Of a stretch of DNA of 61,775 bases, positions 11,746 to 23,500 are shown in pieces. Numbering within the stretch: position 1 is the first letter of the stretch; the number at the start of each line of letters is the position of its first letter. The stretch covers positions 1 through 61,775 of the forward strand of contig JAAILG010001801.1 in assembly GCA_012026655.1 (NCBI GenBank), given 5' to 3'. Under the pieces are notes generated by a model that did not search any database, was not told the DNA's origin, and was given only the letters and a program-made list of their open reading frames with translations. The DNA comes from Hydrolagus affinis (taxonomy: Eukaryota). Position numbers and translations under genes: made by a program.

Positions 11746-13635
11746 AGAATTGATGTGTGACAATATGTGGTAAACTGTCCAGACTTGTGAGTATTCTCAC
11801 GAGCAATATTTCAGCATATCTATTTGTTCCAAAACAGTTTGGCAGAGAATGTATGTCTGAGCAAGAAAACATGATAAATTTGAGTTATCTTCACATAAGC
11901 CTGTTTTGTTTAAAAGTATGTGGTGAAATTTGTTTCCTTTTTATAGTGTGGGAGAATTATCTTTGTATGAAGCAGGACTCTCCAATGCAGACATTTCTGC
12001 ATACTTTCCAACCCTTTGAACATTAGAATGCCCTGCCAAGGTCACAGTAGAATATTAGTTCATGTTTGCAGTTTCACAGATGGTGAGTTCCTGATCTTCA
12101 CTGTACTGTTGTAGCGACAAGTTTTACCCTAAAGCAAAGGGGAAAGCATCCGACCGAGCAGAGCATTAGTCACTCTGCCCTGAGCATTAGCCACGCTGCT
12201 CTCCTGCAACTCTACATTGGTTGCACATTTCTGTTCAGAATAGACTGGTAGGTAGTGTTGGCTAAGGGAAGATAATATTGTCTTCCTATCTGTTAGTTTT
12301 GTTAAAAAAAAATCTTGCCCCTGCAGCAAGCCTAAAAACTGCTAAAGAACCTTAGCCAGTTCAATTTACATCTTTAAATTCATCTTGATCACAATTGCTT
12401 AGAGTCTTAAGTACATTATATCTGTTGCCCAGAATATATAAATTTAATAAAACAGTGACAGAAATCTTTACTAAAATATCTTTACTTTAAAAAGTAACTA
12501 TTACAAGGCAACAAGGTGTGACAAAATAAAACAGAACAAGCAGTTGAACAACATCTGAACACAAAATTTACTCAAGAATCGTCTTGATCTAATCGCTAGG
12601 ACCACAGAGCCAGCTGCTGGTCAAAGATCTTAAGATGCAGAAATGCCCAGTAAAAGTATTGTGTTGAATGTCCATTAAGGTACTGTAAATTCTCCACTGG
12701 GGTGGATGCGTTTTCAGACTTTGACATTCTGTCAAATGATCTGCACCCATTTCCTTTGTTGTTATGCAGCCACTGAGATTCAAAATTTTGCAGTTGTTGA
12801 ATTGCATTTTAGAGCTTTTGCAATAAAATCAGTCCGAAGCATATGCAGGTATATTTTGATTCCATTCTGTGACTTCTTGTTGTGGTTACCTCCTTAATTT
12901 TTTTTTACTCTATAGGATATAAAATAAGTTGTATTTAATTAAATTTCCAGTCTAAATCATACTTTAACAAAATTTAAATAATTTAATCACTGATCAACTT
13001 TACATAGAATATAAATAATGTATTCATAAGGGTTTCTTGTACAGTTGATGTAGAAAATATGGGATAAACCTTTAATTAAGTTAGGCCTAAGTAAGCCACA
13101 ACTAGAACTAGTCATCTGTACAATACTGAATTCCACAAGCGCCGCAAACATTGTGTGTGGGAGGGAATATTTCAACATATGTAGATGTAAATACCATAGG
13201 GTTATTTATTACCAACCCTTTTAAAAGAAATTAGTTGATTGAATGCTACGTGTCCAAACTATTATGGATGTAGATGTTAATAATTAACAATATTTCCAGA
13301 GTTGAAGACCGACAATTGAAAAAAGCACAATTAACTTTGCGCTTAATTCTCTGCTAATATCCATACTAAGAGAGATGCAAGCCTGTAAATTTCAGTACTG
13401 TTTTCTGTAGTGCTATGTAGAGTTTTGTATCTTTTATGACTACTTGCTTTTTCAAATAATTAGAATCTGGGAAGTGTTTATAAAGTTTAAAGCAAAGAAC
13501 ATGCAAAAGATTTGAATGGCACTTCTTACAAGGAATTTTTTTTAAGAAAAACACACGTTATTGAATGAAAAATTATTTTGTACCTTTTGATTATTGATTA
13601 TTTTTCTCCTGTATTTGCAAAATAACTCCCCATGT

Positions 13636-13923
13636 TTATCGCCATTGTTTCTTTGTAATGTGACTCCGGTGAGTGACTCCATATTCACCTTGCCGTGCTA
13701 TTTCTTCTCGTATTCCACCAGCATTTACCTGACCGGTAGATGGTGATGGAACTGAAGGAGGAGTGACACAGGATAGGTTATAAGCTGCAGTGTCCAAACT
13801 GGGTGATGCGAAGCAAGACTTTGAGATTTGTGGAGGGCCACATGGTACACTCTCCTCCTTAGTTAAGGCTATTATGTCTGTGTCACTCAAAGGGAAAGTG
13901 CGACAATTCCACGGACATTCAAT
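13636..13923 (-). CDS. KANSL1L: KANSL1L terminal coding exon to TAA
   Basis: ctttatttgcag|ATT GAA TGT CCG TGG AAT TGT CGC ACT TTC CCT TTG; PW..RTFPL motif of the KANSL1 family. Confidence 0.88.
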   Translation of the reverse strand: MECPWNCRTFPLSDTDIIALTKEESVPCGPPQISKSCFASPSLDTAAYNLSCVTPPSVPSPSTGQVNAGGIREEIARQGEYGVTHRSHITKKQWR

Positions 13924-16900
13924 CTGCAAATAAAGAAGTTTGCATTACAAAAGTGATTTAGGTTTGTACTTTTTCTAAAATCTAGATGATCATGAATAGT
14001 AAGAACCAGTCATTTTCATATAGCTCATGTGCAGAATTTATTCAAGGATATATTTAGTCATTTTTAAAGAAATAACATATTGTAGGTCCTTTTTTTGTCC
14101 TGCACAACTTCCCACCTCAATTGAGGGCATACAAGTGCCCACCTCCTAGACTTACCTTTGATATATTACAGCCTCCTTTCCTCTGAATCATCTCCCTAGA
14201 CAACCCAATTGAGATTTGTAATAAACGATGGGTGAAGAAGAATCTGCGTCCTGCTGTCCTGTCCCACCCAGCTGTAGCCATGGAAATGATCAATAGAATA
14301 CACTGAGGATAGTTTGGGTATCATTTTACATGAAGGAACTTGGGGAAATACCAATACAGTAGCATCTTGTTTGATTTAACAACAATGATTATGGTTTAAA
14401 AATATAAAGATACACTTTTTTTTAACTGTGTAAAAGTATTTCTATACCATTTGATTATGTAGTCCTTCCAGGGACAAATAATAAGTCTCTTCAGTCTGTG
14501 TTATTTCAGACACACAGTGCACCGAGTTGCAGGGGCTGAACTNNNNNNNNNNNNNNNNNNNNNNNNNNNNNNNNNNNNNNNNNNNNNNNNNNNNNNNNNN
14601 NNNNNNNNNNNNNNNNNNNNNNNNNNNNNNNNNNNNNNNNNNCGGGAAGACACATCATTGCAATTGCATCAAGCTGATCTGATTACAATCTACTACTATG
14701 GTTGCATTTGATGTCAAAACATCTCAAAACATTTTACCTGTTTCTATAAAATATAGGGGGACCAAAAGGGTGTGATGCCATTACAATGTCTAAAGTCTTA
14801 AATAACTATTTTTTGATAATTGGGATCTTTTTGGTCATCCTGTATATAATAGTGACTCTAAACGGAAGAACAAGGTAATGTGTACTGTTTCAGACACGAG
14901 CTGGGGTTGGAGATGGGGAGGGGTGGAGGGTAACGGGGGGGTTTTGGGGTGACCGATGGGACCGTCAAAGAGGAGGGTCTTGACGCGGGATTTGAAGGAG
15001 TGACTGGTTTGGTGAGGTTGAGTGTGCGAGCATGGAGGTTGATGCTTCCAGTGCCTGATGTGTGAAGGCACTGGCACAAGCTATTCAGGAGGGACTCAGT
15101 TTTGTTGACATTCAACTGAAGAAAGTTAGCTCTCATCCAGGACTTGATGATATCTGACAGGCAGTCTGTCAGGACAGTAGTAGTAGTCCTGGAGTCGAGG
15201 TTAAAGGCAGAAAGAGAGTTGGGTGTCATCCTCATACATGTGGAAGTTGACCCTACGTCTGAGGATGATATCACCAAGGGGGAGCATGTAGATGTTAAAA
15301 AGTAGGGGGCCAATGACAGAGCCCTGGGGAAGCCATTGATGTGACAAAGTGGGGATGATGAGAAAGGAAGGAGTCAAACCAGGCAAGGGCAGGTCTGTGG
15401 AGATTGAGCTGGGAGGCGAGGCAGTGTAGAAGGACGGAATGATCGACAGAGTTCAAGGCAGCAGAAATGTTGAGGACAAGGAGGCAGAGACAGCCCTGAT
15501 CGCAGATGTTTAGAAAGTTATTAGAGACTTTGACCAGGGCTATCTCCATGCTATGGGCAGCATGGAAGCCGGAATGCAGGAGTTCGAAGAGGGAATGGCG
15601 AGAGAGAAAGGAGCGAAGCAACAACTCGTTCTAGGGCCTTAGGGAGGAAGCTACAAAGTGATTTACATTTTTCTCAGGTCATACGAGTACATTGGGAGAA
15701 ATTTCTTGTCTTTCAATAGCCTCAAAATCCTTACGTGGGTATTGAATACACAATTTTCTAGCCACTAATATGAAAGTTGGTAATTCAGACTTGCTCAGTT
15801 CTTTTTCTCTGTCCATTCAGCAACACTGAAGTGCTTTGAATTGTTTATACTTCAAAGTCCCTGTAACATTTTCCCTTCAACTGTTTGAACAATCTGTAAT
15901 CTCATCTACAATTATAATTTTTTTTGTGTAGCTTTCCCATTCAGAATTCCCTTTATTTTAAGTATTTTGAAAGCAATTTTAACAGCGTTTGCATATACTC
16001 ATGAAAATTGTTAATGTGAATATTACATAAAACCTCATTTAAGAATTAAGGACATTTAAAATCCCTAGCCTACCATGTTGTATCAGTACACCTGCCTGTT
16101 ATTTCTTCGATGGCATCTGCTTTGCTCCCATAAGAACCACCTTGCTTGTTCTCTTTCTTCATAAATTTTATGCCGTGAAGCAAATGCTTCATCTGAAGTG
16201 TCTTCCAGCTGTGAAAAGTTGAACAGATAATTTAAAAAAATCTTTACTTAAAAATGTAATTAAGACGTAATTAAAAATGTAAGACGTAATATGCAATTCA
16301 CACCTACTTTTTCTTGTGTATGCAAAGGTTTCATATCTACAATTCGCCAGCTGTAAATTAAACAAATCAGCATGGGTTAGTTCCTAATAATAATCCTTGC
16401 ATTTGATATAGCGCTTTTCATGTCTTTTATATAGATGTCTCAAAACGCTTCACAGGATATACTGTAAGGTGAATTGACTATATATAACCCCTCCCAAAAA
16501 AAAACACAATACTGTAATAAAATTGGTCATTTCAATCCACGATTGTTTGTGGGACACTGCTGTGCTCAATTGGCTGCCGCGTTTTGCCCACAAATATACA
16601 GTCAATTTACTTCACACTATACACTTTCCAGTATATTCTGTGAAGCGCGTTGAGACATCGATAAGATATGAAAAGCGCTATATCGAATGCAAGGTTTATT
16701 ATTGTTATTACATAGGTGGATGAAACATGTCAGCCAATTGCACACAGCAGTATCCCACAAACAATCGTGGATTGAAATGACCAATTTTATTATTGTGGTT
16801 TTTTTGGGGAGGGATTATTATATAAATACAATACGTTTATTTTTGAGGGCTTATCATTAGGCATGTGGAGTAAGGAAACTTGCCCATGCCTGGAATTGCT

Positions 16901-17529
16901 GTAACCACTGAGCTACAGGATTCCACTTGCTACTGGAAGTTCAGTCAACTCAAAATTGGCATATATTTGAGCTCATTCACATCTCTTCAACTTTTATACT
17001 GTGAAGGTCATCTAAATTTAAAACAACTGCATTTTTTATATTAAAAAATGTAATGTAGAAATGTTAAAGAACAATCCCATTTTTGGTGTACCGTTGTACA
17101 ATGCAAAATAGAAAAAAACGTACAACAGTACTCACCTCGGTGTAATGATTTCCTTATACTGAAGCTTCTCTATCTTGGAGGTGGCAACCAACGACATAGG
17201 GATCACAATGTTGTCAATATCATAGCAGAATTCACTTTGCTGCTTTTGTCGTGAAAGATTCTATAATGGTACAACCTACAATGAATAACTTGCTACAGAT
17301 TTCCTACAATTAAATAATTTCATGGCTATATGAAACAACCCAAGCTGTACTAACAGGAAAAAATTCATAGCACAAGGGAAACTGGCAGAAATTTGAAGAA
17401 ATGGGTTAAAAGTTCATAAATAGACAATGCCATAATTAACTGACATTCCTGTCTTTAATTGAACGTGCATCATAGTAATAGTAGTCCTTGCATTTGATAA
17501 GACTTTTCACATCTCAAAGCGCGTTAGAG

Positions 17530-17561
<32 letters not shown>

Positions 17562-20500
17562 GAGTGTAAATTGAATTGACTGCGTATTTGTGGGTGAAAC
17601 ATGTACAATCATGTACAAAATGTCCAGACACTATTCACAATATATCTTGCCAAAGATTTCAATGAAAATGTCCTAGATATAATTATTGTGCTTAATTGTT
17701 TCTGACCACAAGTATATCTAGTTTGGAATTTGAAGGTCCTGTTTTTGGTCAGCTTGGTGTCCAACATAAACACTTTACGTATTAAGAATGCTGAAGGGTA
17801 TCGAAACCGGCCTAGAATTCCACACGCCACTAACACAAGGAAATTACCCTGTGTGGAAATGGAATGTGAAAGTTTCCTTACTCCACACGCCTGATAATGC
17901 TCCCTCAAGAGAAAATAAATAAATTGGTCACTTCAATCCACAAATATTTGTGGGACGCTGCTGGGCATAATTGGCTGCCGTGTTTCACCCACAAATATAC
18001 AGTCAATTCACTTTATCGTATATTCTATGAAGCATATTAAGATGTCTAGAAGATGTGATAAGCGCTATATGAAATGCATGGATTATTATGATGCAAATTC
18101 TCTTCCCTGGCGGGACTACAAAATAAACAATCCCATTTTAGCGATTTTGTTTAACTACACCGTAATCAGGAGATTATTCAGCACAGGTTGTCAAGAGCCA
18201 AGGATTGGGAATCCCAGATTGTGTGGGGCACGAGTGGAGATTAACCAATTGCCATAAACAGTTTACTTGTGCAGCTTTCCATTAAGAGGCAGGCAGTGCC
18301 ATTGACAGTCTGGAAAACACAACAACTTGATTTTTTGCCCACAAAATACACATCCAATCAAAAAAAAGTATGATTACAAGAAGGCAATCTAAAAGAGAAT
18401 TTAGGAGGAACAACTTTAACCAGAGAGTGGTGAAATTCTGGTAGTTGCTGCCTGAATCAGATTTAATAGATGCATTGAAGAAGAAGCTTGACCTTCACGT
18501 GATGGTAAGGACAATAGAAGGGTATAGGAATGAATGAAGAATGGGTGACGACTCGTGTGGAGTATAAACAATGGCGCAAGTCATCTGTTTTTGTGCTGTA
18601 AAATGTAAAAATTCATGGTTTTGTGCTGCACAATCCAATATTCTATTGGAAAGTCTGCCTTAACTGTGAGCTCTGGTCCCACATAACGTCAGCCTGCAAC
18701 CTTCAGAGGTGAGAGTGGTACAAATTTAAAGTTGATGCACTTATGAGATTTTTACTGTTTCAATAAACAAGTCAGGCATGAAATCAGAGATAGAATAGTT
18801 TATCTTACATCTTTCATCTGTGAAAACGGTCTGTGGGATGGTGTTGATCTTGGTGTTGAGATATCTATCGGGCTGGAAGATGGAGTTTGTTGAACAGGCA
18901 CTGGTGGTGTCTGTATGTGTCTCATTGCTGAAGCTGATGGGGATTCACTGCAATTCTCTGGACCACAATGTCGTTTACTTACAACTGAAAAATTTAGGAA
19001 AATAATTCTACATAAATATTTCAAAAGTCCTTTTAACCTGATGTTAAACAACTTTTAAAAGCAATAAACATGACATCTTTGCAAATTAATAAAGTAGCCA
19101 TCAGTTTTAGTGTATTATAACTTTACGCTGCTTTGCTTCATGTAAAAAAAATGGCTTTTAAACAATCCATAGATAATGTTTATAAAGTCTGAACTATACA
19201 AATAAATTTGGTAGTACTATACTATAATATCAAAAGTGTGATGCGTAAGACCAGTTTCACAGAATTTGTACTTACCAGCTGTTTTCTCATTAGAATGCCT
19301 CTTTTTTATTTCTCTGAAGGACTTCCTTAGTGGTTCTGTTGGAGTGTGTAGTTTAGTAGCAAATGGTGACTCATTCCAGTGCTGTCTGAGAACCTTTGAA
19401 TAACAGTCTTTAGTGCCATTGCACTCTATAAAGTAATTAATTGTACAACAAATATGAAAATATTTTCTGGAATTCTTGGAAGTTTTTTTTAAAAAAAATC
19501 ATAGTGGATTACTATCTATTATTCCTGTCTTACACATTAGTTGTCTTGACGTTCTTAATATATTTAGTTGCATTTTTCTTACTTAATAGATTTTTATATA
19601 CATTATATTGTAAGGTTTATTACAACAATAAATTATATTTGTGTCCTCAAATCAAGAGGACAATCCCAAAGTGCTGGACGTTTAGGGATGCTATGTAACT
19701 ATTGTTACATATTGGAACAATAGAACACATTTTACTAAAGTTATTCAAATAAATTGTTGCCAACTTGATTAGTTCACTACACATATCATGGAATAACTAT
19801 CAATAAATAAATGATTCTTCGGTGGGGAGCAGGGGGATACAGAAATATATATATAACTGCAATAATATATGAAATCATGTCAATCTGACAGGTTAATTTT
19901 GAGGTGATGAAAATTAATTTTTTAAAAAGTTATATCTGCAACCCAAATAGGTGCTGGGAGCTGAAATATGTTTTAAAGGTGGCACAAAATATTTGAATAG
20001 ATTGGTATTTCTGAACGTTCAGAAATACCAAAGAAAAAAGTGACAATAAAACAACTAATAATAATGTAATTAAAATATATCTTTAAAAATGTATTTTTGT
20101 TTATTTGGCTATTTAGAGTTAATATTGCATTAGTCAAATGATCTTAATGTTTGAGTAACTATTATGATTTTCAGTCGTGTTTTTTTTTCAGTGTTGTAGT
20201 GATGTCTGGAGTAGTTGACCACAGAAAGGAATAGCCACAAAAATGGCTTTGACTCCTTAGGCCTGTTTCAATCACCACTTTAATAGAATTACTGAATTAA
20301 ATTAAGATAAAATTTACATTAAACTAAATCTGAAGATCCAGTTAACAATTTCAAAATGACAGACCATTATTCTTTCCATCTATCTCTCTTCAATTAAAGT
20401 CAATCTGTTTAGCACACTGAAAACAATATTGCTGGGTCCTAGACTCAATATAATCAATCCATTGTCTTGTAGATCGGTGAACGTTTACAAAGGTAAACCT

Positions 20501-23500
20501 ATTGTATACAGAACAGCTAAATTGGCTCTGGTGAATTGCCATAATTCCCTCCCTCTACATTTAATGAACCAGCACAGAATATGATTGGCCTTTCACAATG
20601 AACATCACTGGATAAGCTAAATGCAAGAGGAGGCAGATCCCAGGATTTATAGGATCACTCTTGAACTTTATTTACTCTTTAAACCATAGGGACACCACAG
20701 ACAATGTGTATCTGTAAACAGTGGGTGCTAATGTTCAGGTTTAAATTTAGTGATTCCTAAAGTATCAAATAATAGGATACCAGCACCAAATAATTTAACT
20801 GATCAAAAAAAGGTTTGTATCAGATAACAAAATGATGATTTACAGGTAAGAAATACATTGTGCATAAACTTATCGAACTAATTTTACATTAAGAAAAAGC
20901 AAATAGGCAAGTTTTTTTTAAAAAAAACAAGCTGCCATTTTACTTACTGCCTGAAACCAAGTTATCATCACATGTATGGGGTTTACAAGATGTATTGTTT
21001 GATAAGGAAGCCTTTAATTCATTCATAAATAATGGAATTGGTCGATTATTCCATTCCTCCTTATAGAACGCAGCTTGTAAGTGTATATTAAGAGGAACAT
21101 CTATAAAACAAAATGCAGTAGGAAGTTATTTCTTTTGAGCAAATATATTTCAACTATATGCAATAAAGCATTTACTAACAGAACAGGCATTTTTAATATG
21201 AGACTGCTTTGGAGGGCTTTAGGTGTATATATATTTTTTATATAGTCCCAAAAAATATTTTTAAAAATCGGTATGACTATCAAACTGAAAATGATGTTTC
21301 AAACAGTTAAATGTCATCAAAATACTCAGAACAAAAATATGTAATTTTTCAATTAAGAGATACTTACTGTACTTAAAACAATTAAATGCAGAAAGCAACT
21401 TATTCAATAAAGGAAACAGTTTCAATTTTTGAATCTAGATCTTGTTTTAAGAATTCATTTGATAATTGGGAAATTAAGAAACCTAAATAAAGTATATTTT
21501 ACAACAGCGACTAAAGTCCCCCATTAACTTCTAATTAGATAAGATAATAAACAATGTAGAAAAAGTTTTAAAATTTTAATGTTAAATAAAAAATGTTAAC
21601 ATTTTAAATAAGCTGCTTTGGTAATAGAAAAAATAAAGCTTATGTAATCAGCCCTACCACAATGGAATGACAACACTGGGTGGAAGCAAGGATCCAGCAG
21701 AGCTACTTGCTCTTCCAAGGTCATTGTCATCGAGTCTATTGCTGTATTGAAGCCACAGATTTTACAGAATGTTGGCCAGGAACATTTACACTGCATAGCG
21801 GTAGCCTATTGAGTATATGAAATGCAATTTCTATGTTAAAATAAAATTCTAGAAAAGTACACCTTACATATAGGTTTCTAACAAATGCAACCATACCGAC
21901 TGAAAACTAGAACTAATGAGAACTTTCACAATCTTACATTGCTTTATAAAATACATTGCTTTACAAAATACAGTGCATCTAAATTTGCAGCAGAGTACCA
22001 AATACAAGATTATGAGCTCCTCTTGAATGATTCCCTCCATCTTTAAATATGTTTAGCATGATATTTAGCATGACACATGTTAAACTGCCATAACAAATCT
22101 GTTTGTTGACCTGGATTATTTCATTGATGTGCATGTTAATTTTTGACTTGCAAGATTCACAGCCTTTTAACCTTTTGGTCAGTCAGCATTCTTTCCCAAT
22201 TACTTTGTCGTTTCCCTGATAAGATTCATTAGGCAGTTTATATTTCCCTCTTTTTCAACTTCTATAGAACCATATGCCTAGTTACCTTTATTAACTGGGG
22301 GGTAAACATTTCAAAAGCTAAAAGGTTAAACATTCATAAAACTGACTATAAAAGTTTAACCTTTATTTGCTCTGGACATTTGTACCTAATCTGACTAGAT
22401 TACTGATTTACAAAGCTTTATAATTTCAGATTGCAGTGTTATGTTTCCATCCAAGCATATGAAATACAAATATTGACTGCAGTTTAGGGCTACATCAATA
22501 AACTATTGATGTGAGGGTGCAGAAATGTGTTTCACAATAAAGATAGTTGATAATACAATGTCATTGTCCAGCACCTTTCAGTCCTATATTATTATGATCC
22601 TTCTCATTCCATTGCTAGTTTTGCCAAATTCATATTATTGAGTACTGTATTAACTCAGTGGGACTATCTAAGTGGTTGATTTGATAGTAAAGAGAGGAAG
22701 TAAGACCCCGTCCCCACCATGAATAACACTGACAGAATTGTTCCATTTAAATAACATGGAACCTTCGGTTTTGAATAGATACAATATGCATATTTTAGGG
22801 GTTTTTTTTGATTACTGAGCCAAAGAAAATTCTAATTTCTGCAAACATAATCACAAAAATTCACTTTGTCATACATACATTTTAAATAAAGTAATTCACC
22901 TTTCTGCTTCCATTGTATACAGAGCTGAAAAGTCTTCTTTTATGCCATGTTCGAAGAGGCCTAGTTCTGGCTGATGCACACACGTCATCCACAGAAAGAA
23001 GCCTCTTTGCAGTCCTGTCCAAGTGCTTTTTCTTAGAAAAACGTTCCTCTGAAATAGAGCTGTTTGAAGAGCTGGTTTCATCACCACCTAAAATACTAAT
23101 AGCCAAACAGAAGCTCTGATTTAGGTATTTTTAAATAAATACGGTGCAAGACATATACAATGAAATTATCTCATCCTTCCACTACAACAAAGCACTATTT
23201 TAAAAGAATATTTTCATCAAGTTTTAAACACAAAATGTTTACAAAAAACGTTTTTTGGGGGGGATTTGTTGGTGAGTGACAATCAGATTAAACAATAAAT
23301 TCAAATGTCAAATACTTGTTCTGCATAGTAAGGCAGAGGAGCTTAAGGGATATTCTCATGACCTAAATCATAATCTGATACCAGTTGCATCTTATCTCAA
23401 AAAAGTTCACTGGCAGGAGTGGGACACATGAAAATCAATCTACTGCAAAGAGACAGGTTTGGCACGACCCAGTTCTAAGAATCAAAAATCATGCTCTGTT

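Noticed and set aside
14738-14743. 6-nt microexon (ttttatag|AAACAG|gtaaaa) in KANSL1L
   Set aside because: It abuts a SINE-tail remnant, has no independent support, and such matches arise by chance
15855-15905. KANSL1L exon 14 candidate ([10 protein letters not shown])
   Set aside because: All phase-compatible readings hit a stop within ~20 codons and there is no suitable donor
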